Source: Nitrospirota bacterium
Lineage (GTDB): Bacteria > Nitrospirota > Nitrospiria > Nitrospirales > Nitrospiraceae
Length of the DNA stretch: 64,000 nt
Direction of reading: 5' to 3'
Assembly (NCBI GenBank): GCA_963703955.1
Contig: CAVPGK010000006.1
Location: forward strand, 1-64,000
The number at the start of each line of letters is the position of its first letter. Within the stretch, counting starts at the first letter, position 1. Positions 1 to 9,736 of the stretch are shown here, piece after piece. The translations under genes were made by a program, and so were the position numbers. The notes below the pieces were generated by a model. The model saw only the letters and a program-made list of their open reading frames with translations, searched no databases and was not told where the DNA came from.

Positions 1-408
1 TGGTGGAAGTAAAAATAAAGACCGCTCCGGGGGATACTTGCGGAAATTTTCCAGTAAACAGATATTAGTGGCATTGACGGTAAAATCGGTAAAAGGCTCC
101 CTGGCCGCCCAATACGTGGCTGGGCTGGGCGGCGGTATGAATGATCAGATCAAATTCATTCTTCTTGAATATTTCTTCAATTGTGTCGTTATTCCTGATG
201 TCCAGGGGATAATGGATATATTTCTATCTTAATCTTTTTTCGAGTTCTTTGCGGTTCCATTCGGTAGAAGCAGCCGCTCCGAAGAAATATCCGCAGATCA
301 TTGTCAATACCGGTCACCTGAAAATCCCTGTCCACGAGGAACTTTACGGATTCGGAACCGATCAACCCGGCAGAACCGGTAACCAGCGCTTTTTTCATCT
401 TTTTCCTT
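1..408 (-). pseudogene. NAD-dependent sugar epimerase/dehydratase fragment (CDP-paratose 2-epimerase-like), multiply frameshifted, runs off the window edge
   Basis: [16 protein letters not shown]ossmann motif. Across frame changes it continues as GIDND...DIR...DLIIHTAAQP...AAREPFTDFTVNA...AVFIFTST. Visibly AT-richer than the rest of the window. Confidence 0.7.
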
Positions 409-409
409 T

Positions 410-821
410 TACCTGTAGAATTAAGTGCCGCGATTTTTTTCAATCCAATCAGAAAATACATTCCCGAGGCGAGAATAGGATGCGCCAAAAGTTTTTTCCC
501 ACTTCCCATTTTCCATAAACACCCAGCAGCGGTATTTAAACCCAAGCTGTTTCTTTATTATTTCATCATTGCCCCACTTCACGTATCCGGAAGCTGTCCG
601 CGTAATAGCGTTTTTTTCGGAGATAACGGGTTAAATTAAATTCACCTTCATTATGAAAAAGCGGATGGCCGATGATGCCCACTCTGCCGGTCATGCCGAT
701 CCTGCGGTCGATCCCCAGATTTGCTTTCCGGCCCCGCCAATACCGGGTCGAATCCGCCTGTCTGCGGAACTTGTCCGCCCGGACAAACCGCACGCAGTCG
801 ATAACCGTGGCATCATAAAAA
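410..821 (-). pseudogene. C-terminal fragment of a family-2 glycosyltransferase, frameshifted and joined to secA
   Basis: [14 protein letters not shown]...(GGFD in a shifted frame)...DRRI...[18 protein letters not shown]...[14 protein letters not shown] resembles a GT2 C-terminus and is unrelated to SecA. Confidence 0.5.
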
Positions 822-2374
822 CCCCCGAGCAAAATATCCGTCCCGCGGCCCGCCATGTTCGTCGCGATCGTCACGGCGCTCTTCTGGCCCGCCTGGGCGA
901 TGATCTCGGCTTCCTTCTCGTGGTATTTGGCGTTCAGGACATTGTGTTTGATCCCATGTCGTTTCAGATACCCGGATAAGCGCTCAGATTTTTCGATCGA
1001 GATGGTGCCTACCAGCACAGGTTGGCCGCGCTCGTAGCAATCCTTGATCTCCTCGACGATCGCGTCGAACTTTTCCCTCTCGGTGCGGTAGATCACATCG
1101 GCGTAATTTTTGCGGATCATCGGCCGGTTGGGAGGAATGACGTTCACGTCCAGGTTATAGATCTTGGCGAACTCGCCCGCCTCTGTATCCGCGGTCCCGG
1201 TCATGCCGGCCAGTTTCTTGTACATGCGGAAATAGTTCTGGAAGGTGACCGAGGCCAGCGTCTGGTTCTCGTTTGCGATCTTGACGCCTTCCTTCGCCTC
1301 GACGGCCTGATGCAAGCCGTCGCTCCACCGGCGTCCGGGCATCAGGCGGCCGGTGAACTCATCGACGATGATGACCTCGCCGTCCTTCACCACATAATCC
1401 ACGTCCACCTTGTAGATCGCATGGGCCTGGAGCGCCTTCACGACGTGATGGACCAGGTCCATGTGGGCCAGGTCATACAGATTGTCCACGCCCAATAGCT
1501 TTTCGACCCGCGCGTTGCCCTCTTCCGTCAGTGCGGCGGTCTTGGTCTTCTCTTCGACCGTGTAATCCCGCTCGATCTTGAGCTGGGGAATGATCGAGTT
1601 GATGCGATAATAGAGGTCGGTGGATTCATCCGTCGGCCCGGAAATGATCAGCGGGGTACGCGCCTCATCGATTAGGATGCTGTCCACCTCATCCACGATG
1701 GCGTAATTCAATTCCCGCTGGACGCACTGGTCCAGGTTGGTGACGATCAGGTTGTCCCGCAAATAATCGAAGCCGAACTCATTGTTCGTACCGTAGGTGA
1801 TGTCCGCCCGATACGCCTCCTGTCGAGTGCAGGGCCGCAAATGCTGCAGTCGCTTATCCGATGCGTCATAGTGTGGATCGAAGAGGAAGGACGCATCGTG
1901 CTGGATGATGCCGACCGAGAGGCCCAGCGCATGGTACAGGGGTCCCATCCACTGCGCGTCGCGCTTGGCCAGATAGTCGTTGACCGTCACGAGATGCGCG
2001 CCTTTTCCCGACAGCGCGTTCAAGTAGAGCGACAGGGTCGCCACGAGGGTCTTCCCTTCGCCGGTTTTCATCTCGGCGATCTTGCCTTTGTGCAGCACCA
2101 TCCCGCCCAATAGTTGGACATCGAAATGCCGCATGGACAGGACCCGCTTCGAAGCTTCGCGGCAGACCGCGAAGGCTTCCGGCAGGAGATCGTCTAGAGT
2201 TTCTCCGTCTTGAACGCGCTTCTGATATTCGGCTGTCCTTTCGGCAAAGGCAGCGGTCGTCAGCGGCGCGACCGTGGCCTCCAATTCATTGATGCGCGCC
2301 ACGGTCGGCCGCAACTGATTGATCTCGCGATCGTTTTTACTGCCGAAAATCAGATTGAGCGCTTGTGCAAGCAT
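821..2374 (-). CDS. secA: Preprotein translocase subunit SecA, C-terminally truncated at ~821
   Basis: EMKTGEGKT Walker [36 protein letters not shown] and [15 protein letters not shown]. SecA similarity stops after about residue 518. Confidence 0.95.
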
Positions 2375-2422
2375 GAATCTAACCCATTCAGACTAAAAGA
2401 TTATTTTCACGGTGGGCGAGTT

Positions 2423-2450
2423 AGTATACCGCAATTCGACCCCGATTCAA
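2423..2450 (-). promoter_or_regulatory. Putative sigma70 promoter of secA
   Basis: TTGAAT-16 nt-TATACT on the minus strand about 50 nt upstream of the secA ATG. Confidence 0.5.
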
Positions 2451-2547
2451 AGGAGAAGCCGGACCGATCACATCTACACTCACTAGGTGCCGATGGGACC
2501 ATCAGATTCCCCCAGGCGCGCTCCTTAGCCGCGAAGTCTCGGCTGAG

Positions 2548-2619
2548 CGGCGTTCAAATAAATGCGCCCTCTTCATTGCGACCAGCCCGGCCGACGGCGT
2601 TCAAATAAACGCGCCTTCT
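2548..2619. repeat. Tandem 25-bp direct repeat, candidate transcription-factor sites
   Basis: CGGCGTTCAAATAAATGCGCCCTCT (2548-2572) and CGGCGTTCAAATAAACGCGCCTTCT (2595-2619). The second copy contains the dyad GCGTT-N6-AACGC. Confidence 0.75.
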
Positions 2620-2627
2620 CGGCGGCC

Positions 2628-2656
2628 TTGACACTCGAGAAGGGAACAACTAGTAT
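2628..2656 (+). promoter_or_regulatory. sigma70 promoter, probably giving a leaderless transcript
   Basis: TTGACA-17 nt-TAGTAT. The ATG at 2664 follows the -10 after 7 nt, and there is no SD. Confidence 0.65.
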
Positions 2657-2663
2657 CCACGCT

Positions 2664-2969
2664 ATGATTCGTCGTCTGCGGTCATTGCTTGCGGTGGGGT
2701 TGGCCGTTTGCATTCTACTTCTCAGCGGTCTGGTCTATCCCCAGGCAGTTGCGCACGCCGCGCACCACGCTCATCATAAAGCGGCGACCCATGCGACCGC
2801 GCTTTGCACCTGGATGTGCGCGGCCGGGCAGGGACTCGAAGCGATCCAGATTGTCCTGCACGCTCACATTCAACCCGTCACGTCTGTCGACGCCGCACCT
2901 TCCGAAGACCCGCGCGGCATAGTGCGTCTCCTTTCTCAGTCTCGCGCCCCACCGGTTGGCCCCGTCTAG
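2664..2969 (+). CDS. DUF2946/CruR-like leader protein 1, RAPP arrest-peptide candidate
   Basis: N-terminal hydrophobic segment, His-rich HAAHHAHH, LCTWMC and C-terminal SRAPP. First ORF of a TonB/TBDR operon. Confidence 0.75.
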   Translation: MIRRLRSLLAVGLAVCILLLSGLVYPQAVAHAAHHAHHKAATHATALCTWMCAAGQGLEAIQIVLHAHIQPVTSVDAAPSEDPRGIVRLLSQSRAPPVGPV

Positions 2970-3169
2970 CGCCATTACAATAGCAGTCGTCGTCTATCCA
3001 AACACGAAAAACCTGACTTCATAGGCTCAGTGCCGTTGCACACGACCCGATAAGTCGGGAGAAACCCTTAGCCGGCGGCTGCTCCTCACTACCCGGTTGC
3101 CAAACGCTTGAGTACGTTTCATTGATGAATCTGACTTGCCTCGGATCCGCAGGAGCTAGGAGAAACGAC

Positions 3170-3628
3170 ATGAAATTCGCATGGTCAACGCAGCGGTTCC
3201 GATGGGTCGGCCTGTACGCGGGCCTCATTGGTGCCTGGCTCGCATGCGAGCCTCTGGCCTTGGCGGAAACCAAAGGCGATAAGGCATTCACGGCTGTCGT
3301 CACGGACACGCAGGGTGTCGAAACAGAGATGAAAAATATTCTCTTCTACTGGGAAGAGAAAGTCAGCGAGACCGCCTTCGTTCCTCATGAATTGAAACAA
3401 CTCCCGGTCAAACGTGGGAACGCGACGGTCTACCTTAAATTTGACACGCTGAAGCAAATTGAAGCCAAGCCGGCTCAAGATAAGGGGAGCCAGACGCTCA
3501 CCGTGACGCTTGCTAACGGGAAAACCGGCGAGTTCACGCCTGCGATCGCCGGAAGCTTGAAGGGTGAGTCGGACTTCGGTCAGGTTGAAGTGCCGTTACA
3601 GAGCGTCGCCAAGGTCGTCTTTAAATAG
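3170..3628 (+). CDS. Exported hypothetical protein
   Basis: AGGAG RBS, signal peptide ending ALA, beta-rich mature part. Confidence 0.75.
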   Translation: MKFAWSTQRFRWVGLYAGLIGAWLACEPLALAETKGDKAFTAVVTDTQGVETEMKNILFYWEEKVSETAFVPHELKQLPVKRGNATVYLKFDTLKQIEAKPAQDKGSQTLTVTLANGKTGEFTPAIAGSLKGESDFGQVEVPLQSVAKVVFK

Positions 3629-3647
3629 CGGGATTGAAACAGCCGTT

Positions 3648-4860
3648 ATGAGCTCATTTGACTGTCCCACAGATTTTCGTGTTCAGGGATGGGGCGTTTC
3701 ACTCATCGCCCACGCGGCGCTCGTGAGCCTCGCCGTCATGGCAGTCGCCCAAGTGAAGTTTGTCCCCGATCGAAATGTGTTTCGATGGGAGGTCGCCATC
3801 GTGCGGCCGCCGACATCGGAACCGACAATGGCGACGACCGAGCCGCAGCCTCCGGCGTCATCCGTCTCCCAACCAACTCCAGCCACGACCTCGCCACCGG
3901 CTGCGCCGAAACCGAGCGTGGCACGGCAGATCGAATCCAAACAGGTGGAAAGCGCTCGGCTCGAGCCCAAGACTCTCCTGGCGAGGCCGATCGAGGAACA
4001 GGTTCTGGAACGGCGACAGGTCGAGCAGGTTCGGCCCATCAAGCAAGCGGAAGCATCCCGCCAGATCGAAACGGTCACCTCTCGTCCCGTGGAAACGGAG
4101 GCTTACGAAAAAGCACAGGTCGTTCAGGAACGACAGCGGATTGAGGACAAAGCCACTCCCGTGGTGACGCAGGCGCCCCATGAGGCGGCTACGGTTCACA
4201 AACAGGAAGTGGTCTCCACCACCCAGCCCATGGAGACGCCCCTGCCGACCACAGAAGTTGGCTCGGTGGAATCTCCGCAGCCGGTGACCAAGAAGATCGT
4301 TCCTGTGGAACAGACCCCGGTCAGGGCTGAACCCGCGCCGGTCACGCAGCAGATAGCGGCCGAATCACCGTCTCCGGCGACCAGGGACGTCGCGCCGAGG
4401 CTCACAGAGAGCCCGCCGGATGAACCACACCCGACAGCAGTTGCGCGCGCGGACCAAGGGCCAGCCGCCGACACGGTTACCCCGCCGGCTTCACCGGTTC
4501 CCTCGGCTGAAAACGTTCGGGAGCAGGCGCCTTCCACAGCCATGGTTGCGAAAGCATTTCCGACGCCCCGTGCGGACTTCGGTTGGCTGACACAAGCGCT
4601 CTGGCGAAAGATCGAACAGCTCAAGCGGTATCCGCACAAAGCTCGGTTAAACCGATTGGGAGGGCACCGTGGTCGTCCGCGCGGTGATCAGAGAGGACGG
4701 ATATTTTGCTGAGCTAACCATGGAGACAAGCTCGGGTCACGACGTGCTCGATCAGGACGCGATCGAGCTGTTACGCAAAGCTTCGCCGGTGACGTTGAAG
4801 CACGAATTGGGGCGGCCTGAACTGACCATTCGCATTCCGATCAACTACAAGCTCGAATAA
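3648..4860 (+). CDS. tonB: Energy transducer TonB, with a +1 frameshift near 4657
   Basis: TM anchor SLIAH, long Pro/Thr/Glu linker, and TonB C-terminal domain KRYPHKARLNR[fs]EGTVVVRAVI...SSGHDVLDQDA...IPINYKL split over two frames. Confidence 0.8.
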
Positions 4861-4884
4861 GAACGATCTGGACAAGCATGGCAT

Positions 4885-6174
4885 ATGAAACGTCCCTTCC
4901 TCGCCATGCCGTCCCTCTTGCCCATCCTCTGCATCAGTGTATTTTCAACCTCGACATTGGCTGAACCCGCTCCGGTCATGCCTCTGAGCTTGAACGCTAA
5001 ACAAACGATTCTGGAGGGCACTCAGCAGATCTCTCCCCCTGCACTCCAATTCGATCAGGCAGGGAACGTGGTCCTGGCCTGGTATGACAAGCAGGGAGAG
5101 ACGCGGGGGTTGCGCGCGATCCGGATGAGCAAGGAGGGCGTTCCGTTCTCCCCTCCTGTCCAAATCAATCCTCAGACCGTCGAGCCTGATGCGCTCCATC
5201 AAGCACCCGGCCTGGCATTGGGACAACTGGGCAACGTCTTCGTGACCTGGTCGATGCCGAAGAAGGCGCCGGATGCCCCATTCGCAGCCGATCTGCAGTT
5301 CTCGGTCTCACGGGACGGAGGAGCCACGTTCGCCGCTCCGATCAGGGTCAATGATGATCAAGCCTCCATTAATCATTCCTTTGAGAACGTCCACGCCGCG
5401 CCCGATGGAACAGTGTATGTGGCGTGGCTGGACAACCGTGGGAAGGAGAAGAGCGGAGCCGGGGCTCAATTCGCCTGTTCCCGAGACGGTGGGCGCAGTA
5501 TCGAGAAAAATATGACGATCGACGGCATGGCGTGTCCTTGCTGCCGCCCGAGCGCAGCCATCGCGCCGAACGGAGATCTCTGGGTCGCCTGGCGGAAGAC
5601 TTTTGAAGGAAACGTGCGGGATATCGTGCTGGCTACATCAACGGATCAGGGGAAGACTTTCTCTGAGCCGATGCTGGTGCAAAAGGACGGCTGGGCCTTC
5701 CCGGCCTGTCCGCATCGCGGTCCCTCGATTGGGTTTGATCGCTTCGGCCGGCTGTACGTAGCCTGGTATACCGAGGGGACGGATGAGCAGCCAAGGCTCT
5801 TCCTTGCCACCTCCGATGATCAGGGCAAGACCTTCTCAGCGCCGTTGTCGCTCCACACCTCGACGACCTCGCTTCCCGATCAGCTCAAAATGGCCGTGCA
5901 TCCCGACGGTGCGGTCGTCGCCGTCTGGGAAGAAGTCACCGGCGTACGCAAGCGGACGGTGATGCGCGTCTCCATGGATCGCGGCCAAAGCTTCGGGCCC
6001 GTCCTCGCCTTGAGTGATGGGGCGAAGGCCGAATATCCCACGGTCGCCGTCCACGAGAGCGGCGCCGTGGCCGTCAGTTGGACTGAGCATGCGTGGCCGA
6101 ACAACCGCCTTGTGTTACAGCGAGGGACTCTGGATCTGTCGCAGATCAGAAACCAGATGGCGCATGCTCCTTGA
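4885..6174 (+). CDS. Exported BNR/Asp-box (sialidase-fold) beta-propeller protein with CPCC and CPH motifs
   Basis: Repeated SxDxGxTF/SF Asp-boxes, ACPCCRP and ACPHRGP motifs, signal peptide. Confidence 0.85.
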   Translation: MKRPFLAMPSLLPILCISVFSTSTLAEPAPVMPLSLNAKQTILEGTQQISPPALQFDQAGNVVLAWYDKQGETRGLRAIRMSKEGVPFSPPVQINPQTVEPDALHQAPGLALGQLGNVFVTWSMPKKAPDAPFAADLQFSVSRDGGATFAAPIRVNDDQASINHSFENVHAAPDGTVYVAWLDNRGKEKSGAGAQFACSRDGGRSIEKNMTIDGMACPCCRPSAAIAPNGDLWVAWRKTFEGNVRDIVLATSTDQGKTFSEPMLVQKDGWAFPACPHRGPSIGFDRFGRLYVAWYTEGTDEQPRLFLATSDDQGKTFSAPLSLHTSTTSLPDQLKMAVHPDGAVVAVWEEVTGVRKRTVMRVSMDRGQSFGPVLALSDGAKAEYPTVAVHESGAVAVSWTEHAWPNNRLVLQRGTLDLSQIRNQMAHAP

Positions 6175-6186
6175 CATCAATCGCGC

Positions 6187-6735
6187 ATGTGGTCTCTACG
6201 CATGGACAGCAGACGCGTCTTGTTGACCGGCTTCATGGCCGTCGCGCTCACTGCAGACGCTGTCGATTCACCGGCCGGCGAGCTCTTCAAGGCGGTCGGT
6301 ATTCAGGAGGTGACAGGCAACCAGATCGCCCCTGCCTTCGCCCTGCCGACGATTGAGGGACGGGCGCTGGATTCCGCGGACCTTAGAGGCAAAGTCGTCC
6401 TCGTAAATTTTTGGGCGACGTGGTGCGGGCCGTGCAAGGAGGAAATGCCGGCCATGCAGCGGTTGCAGCAGGCGCTACCATCTCCCGATTTCGCCTTGAT
6501 CGCTATCACAACTGACCCGCAACGGAAGGCAATTATCGAATTCGCGCGCTCGTTGAGTCTCTCATTCCCGCTTCTGCTGGATGAATCCAAGGACGTGAGC
6601 GCCGCCTTCGGCGTCCGAGGGCTTCCAACCACGGTCATTCTCGACCGGGAGGGCAAGGTCGTAGGGCGCGCAATCGGTCCGCGGCAGTGGGACAACGAGC
6701 AAACCATTGCCCTGCTGACGGATTTGCTGCGATGA
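6187..6735 (+). CDS. TlpA/ResA-family thiol-disulfide oxidoreductase
   Basis: LVNFWATWCGPCKEEMP and GVRGLPTT cis-Pro motif. Confidence 0.9.
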   Translation: MWSLRMDSRRVLLTGFMAVALTADAVDSPAGELFKAVGIQEVTGNQIAPAFALPTIEGRALDSADLRGKVVLVNFWATWCGPCKEEMPAMQRLQQALPSPDFALIAITTDPQRKAIIEFARSLSLSFPLLLDESKDVSAAFGVRGLPTTVILDREGKVVGRAIGPRQWDNEQTIALLTDLLR

Positions 6736-7091
6736 TTGCCGGACACCTTCAGCCCCCCCGAGGACATCCCAGGTTCTGGTCCGTCCTCGCCGTCTCGCTT
6801 ACGACGATCTACAGCGTCCTCATCCTCCTTGCCGCCGCTTGCCCCCTGGACCCCGGGCACGCTAGAGCAGAAAGCCACCACCACGGAACAGCCCACCACA
6901 CGAAGCCGGCGCACTCTCTGTTGTGCGCGTGGGCGTGTCAGGTATCTTCTTCAGCCCTCATGGCCGACGGCCATGGGGCCGTCCCCGTCCTGCTTCTGAT
7001 CGCTCGGATCGCAGCTTGGTTCCTGCCATTCTCCGCGTCGCCGACAAGCCCGCTCCACTCTCGTGCACCGCCCGCTCTGTTGAGCCGGTAG
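6732..7091 (+). CDS. DUF2946/CruR-like leader protein 2, RAPP arrest-peptide candidate
   Basis: ATGA overlap with the TlpA stop, TM segment, SHHHGTAHH, LCAWAC and C-terminal SRAPP. Lies 43 nt upstream of a TBDR. Confidence 0.75.
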   Translation: MIAGHLQPPRGHPRFWSVLAVSLTTIYSVLILLAAACPLDPGHARAESHHHGTAHHTKPAHSLLCAWACQVSSSALMADGHGAVPVLLLIARIAAWFLPFSASPTSPLHSRAPPALLSR

Positions 7092-7134
7092 TCCGTCCTC
7101 ATCTCCACGTAGAATCCAAACCAGGAGGACTCGC

Positions 7135-9390
7135 ATGCGCTCGACATTTGTAACAATGACTTGCGTATTGATGCTCCCGCTCGGCATCGCGACGCGCTCA
7201 AACGCCGTCCTCGCTGCAGAGCCGCCTGCGGAAGAAGGCATTATCGCCATGGAGCCGGTTCAAGTCAGCGGGCAGAAGATAGAGAACATCGAGGACGTCA
7301 AGGCAGACCTCGCGCGGCGCCCCGCGAGCACGGTGCTGGTCGAAGAGAAGGACATTGTGGAATCGCGTCAGTTGAACCTTTACGACGTGCTCCAGTTTGC
7401 CCCAGGCGTGCTCTATCGCTCGCGGTTTGGCGCCGATGAAGGCCAGTTTCAGATTCGTGGGACGGCGCTCCGAAACAATTTCCATCATCGCGGGGTCAAT
7501 ATTTTGATCAACGGCATCTATTTCGGCGACGCGGACGGATTCTCGGACTTTGAATCCATCGAGCTGATGGCCTACCAGCGTATCGAAATCTACAAGGGCG
7601 CGAACGCGCTCCGCTACGGGGCGAACAGCATCGGCGGCGCGATCAACTTTGTACCACGGACCGGCTATCAGGCGTCCATGCTTCAACTGCGGGCCGAGGC
7701 AGGGAGCTGGGGGCTGGTGATGGGCCAGGTGTCCAGCGGCAAGGTCACCGAGCCGTTCAAGATCGGACACATGGACTCGACGATGGATTATTACATCAGC
7801 CTCAGCGGCAACCGGCAGGACGGATTTCAGAGCAACGCGCAGCAGGCCCGGGAGCGCATCAACGCCAACTTCGGGCTGCAGCTCGGGACCCACCAGGAAA
7901 TCCGCGCCTACTTCCTCCAGGCCAACGTCGCCGAGCGCATTCCAGGGTCCTTGACCAACATGCAGCTCTTCGACAATCCGCGGCAGGTTGGCGGCCAGAC
8001 ACCCGGCGCGGGCCCGGCCAGCGGCAACTTCTTTGCGTGCAATCTGAATAATCAGGTTTGCAACTACGGGCGGTACTACCAGATCTACCGCATCGGGGTG
8101 GCGTACCATAACGAGTTCGCCCCACGCCAGTTCTTCGAGATCATCCCCTACTACTCCTATCAGTACTTGGATCACCCCATCTTCCAGACCATCAAGCAGG
8201 ACAACAACAACGTCGGCGGCGAGTTGCGCTACGTCAATTCCAATAGCCTCTTCGGGTTCAACAATTCAGTCGTCTTCGGCCTGCAGACACGGTATCTCGA
8301 CCAGCACCAGCAACGGTTTGTGAACATCAACGGCAACAACGGATCGATTACGAACGATGCGCTTCTGAAGGCCTTCTACTTCGGTCTGTATGGTGAGGAA
8401 CAGGTGGATGTCAACGAGAAGTTCACCCTGGTGGCAGGGTTTCGGTTTGATGATTCGACGCGCTATGGATCCATCACAAACTATTTCCCGGTTGGACCTC
8501 CAGTCCAGACGGCGCCCTCTGCTCCCGGCCCCACCACGGACCCGCTTCGGAATTTCAACCACCTGAGCCCGAAGTTCGGGTTTGTCTATCGAACCACCAC
8601 GACCACCCAGCTCTATTTCAACGCCAGCCAGGCGTATGAAGCGCCGCTCAATCTCGAGCTCACCTCGGCTTTCAACCCGAACGGATCGCCCAATACCACT
8701 GGATTCCTGGACTTAGACGCCCAGTCGGCCTGGCAGTTCGAATTGGGCTGGCGAGGCGCGACACCGAACAATCGCGCTACGTGGGATTTCACTGTGTATG
8801 ATCTGGAGATGCGCAAGGAGATCCTCACAAACGTCGTGAACAACTCGAACACGTTCATGAACGCCAACGATACGCGTCACATGGGAATTGAGGCCGGCGG
8901 CACTTTGGTGCTCACGCGAGGGTTGTTTGCGCGTGGGCCCGGAGCTGAATATGACACGCTGTCCAACCGCTTTGCCTTCGTCTGGCAGCGGTTTATCTTC
9001 ACGCAGCCGGTCTTCGGCGCGTTCAACACCGGTGGCCCGACCGGTTTGATCGCGCAAGAAGGTAATAAGGTCGCGGGCGCCCCGGAGTACAACCTCTCCT
9101 ACGAACTCCGGTATGACCATCCGTCTGGCTGGTGGGTTGCGCCCAACATCGAATGGCTCATGGCGGGATTCTACGCCGACTATTTGAATACGTACAAGAA
9201 TCCGGCCTATTTTATCATCAACATCCGGGCGGGCTATCAGATCACCAAGAACTGGTCTTTATACGCTCAGGGCTACAACCTGACCAACAAGACCTACGCG
9301 GGCGCCGTTGTTGTGCAGGACCCGTTCCAACGGTTTGCCAATCCCTCTATGTTGGCGAGCGGATTTGCAGGGTTCGAGTACAAATTCTGA
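7135..9390 (+). CDS. TonB-dependent receptor
   Basis: AGGAGG RBS, signal peptide, TonB-box-like EPVQVSG, plug motif RIEIYKGANALRYGANSIGGAINF, C-terminal aromatic FEYKF. Confidence 0.92.
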   Translation: MRSTFVTMTCVLMLPLGIATRSNAVLAAEPPAEEGIIAMEPVQVSGQKIENIEDVKADLARRPASTVLVEEKDIVESRQLNLYDVLQFAPGVLYRSRFGADEGQFQIRGTALRNNFHHRGVNILINGIYFGDADGFSDFESIELMAYQRIEIYKGANALRYGANSIGGAINFVPRTGYQASMLQLRAEAGSWGLVMGQVSSGKVTEPFKIGHMDSTMDYYISLSGNRQDGFQSNAQQARERINANFGLQLGTHQEIRAYFLQANVAERIPGSLTNMQLFDNPRQVGGQTPGAGPASGNFFACNLNNQVCNYGRYYQIYRIGVAYHNEFAPRQFFEIIPYYSYQYLDHPIFQTIKQDNNNVGGELRYVNSNSLFGFNNSVVFGLQTRYLDQHQQRFVNINGNNGSITNDALLKAFYFGLYGEEQVDVNEKFTLVAGFRFDDSTRYGSITNYFPVGPPVQTAPSAPGPTTDPLRNFNHLSPKFGFVYRTTTTTQLYFNASQAYEAPLNLELTSAFNPNGSPNTTGFLDLDAQSAWQFELGWRGATPNNRATWDFTVYDLEMRKEILTNVVNNSNTFMNANDTRHMGIEAGGTLVLTRGLFARGPGAEYDTLSNRFAFVWQRFIFTQPVFGAFNTGGPTGLIAQEGNKVAGAPEYNLSYELRYDHPSGWWVAPNIEWLMAGFYADYLNTYKNPAYFIINIRAGYQITKNWSLYAQGYNLTNKTYAGAVVVQDPFQRFANPSMLASGFAGFEYKF

Positions 9391-9736
9391 CAAGAGGGGA
9401 TTCTCGTCTCAGCTGCGGATGAGCCGTGGAACCATCGGGTTCTCATCGACGGTGGCGTCATAATCCGGCATCGTCTGGTTTGGCGACGAGAACGGGTCGG
9501 TGATCGCCCAACCTTTCGGTGGAGCTGCTGACCGACTTGAAACTCTTTGCGATTAGTCTAGGAAAAACAAGCGTAGGTATCCACCCACCAACATTTTGTA
9601 TCTCAAAGCAAACCCGACCGTCCAGTCGTGATCAGAGTCACCAATCGTCATCAGTCGACCTTCGGTCCGCATTGATTTCGGTGACCGCTCCGTTTATAGT
9701 CCGCCGAGATTACCGACATAAGCTGAACGAGGGACC

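Noticed and set aside
566..2374. Novel SecA fusion protein of 602 aa
   Set aside because: The C-terminal 84 aa belong to an unrelated frameshifted GT2 fragment, most likely a chimeric join.
4640..4680. Programmed frameshift in tonB
   Set aside because: No slippery heptamer. A single extra base explains it, and similar +1 errors occur near 22410 and 22643, which points to sequencing error.
7198..8175. Long antisense or alternative-frame ORFs (also 23716-24354, 60720-61415 and the 5' part of 18960-20081)
   Set aside because: Shadow ORFs of GC-rich coding genes with no recognisable motifs or RBS.
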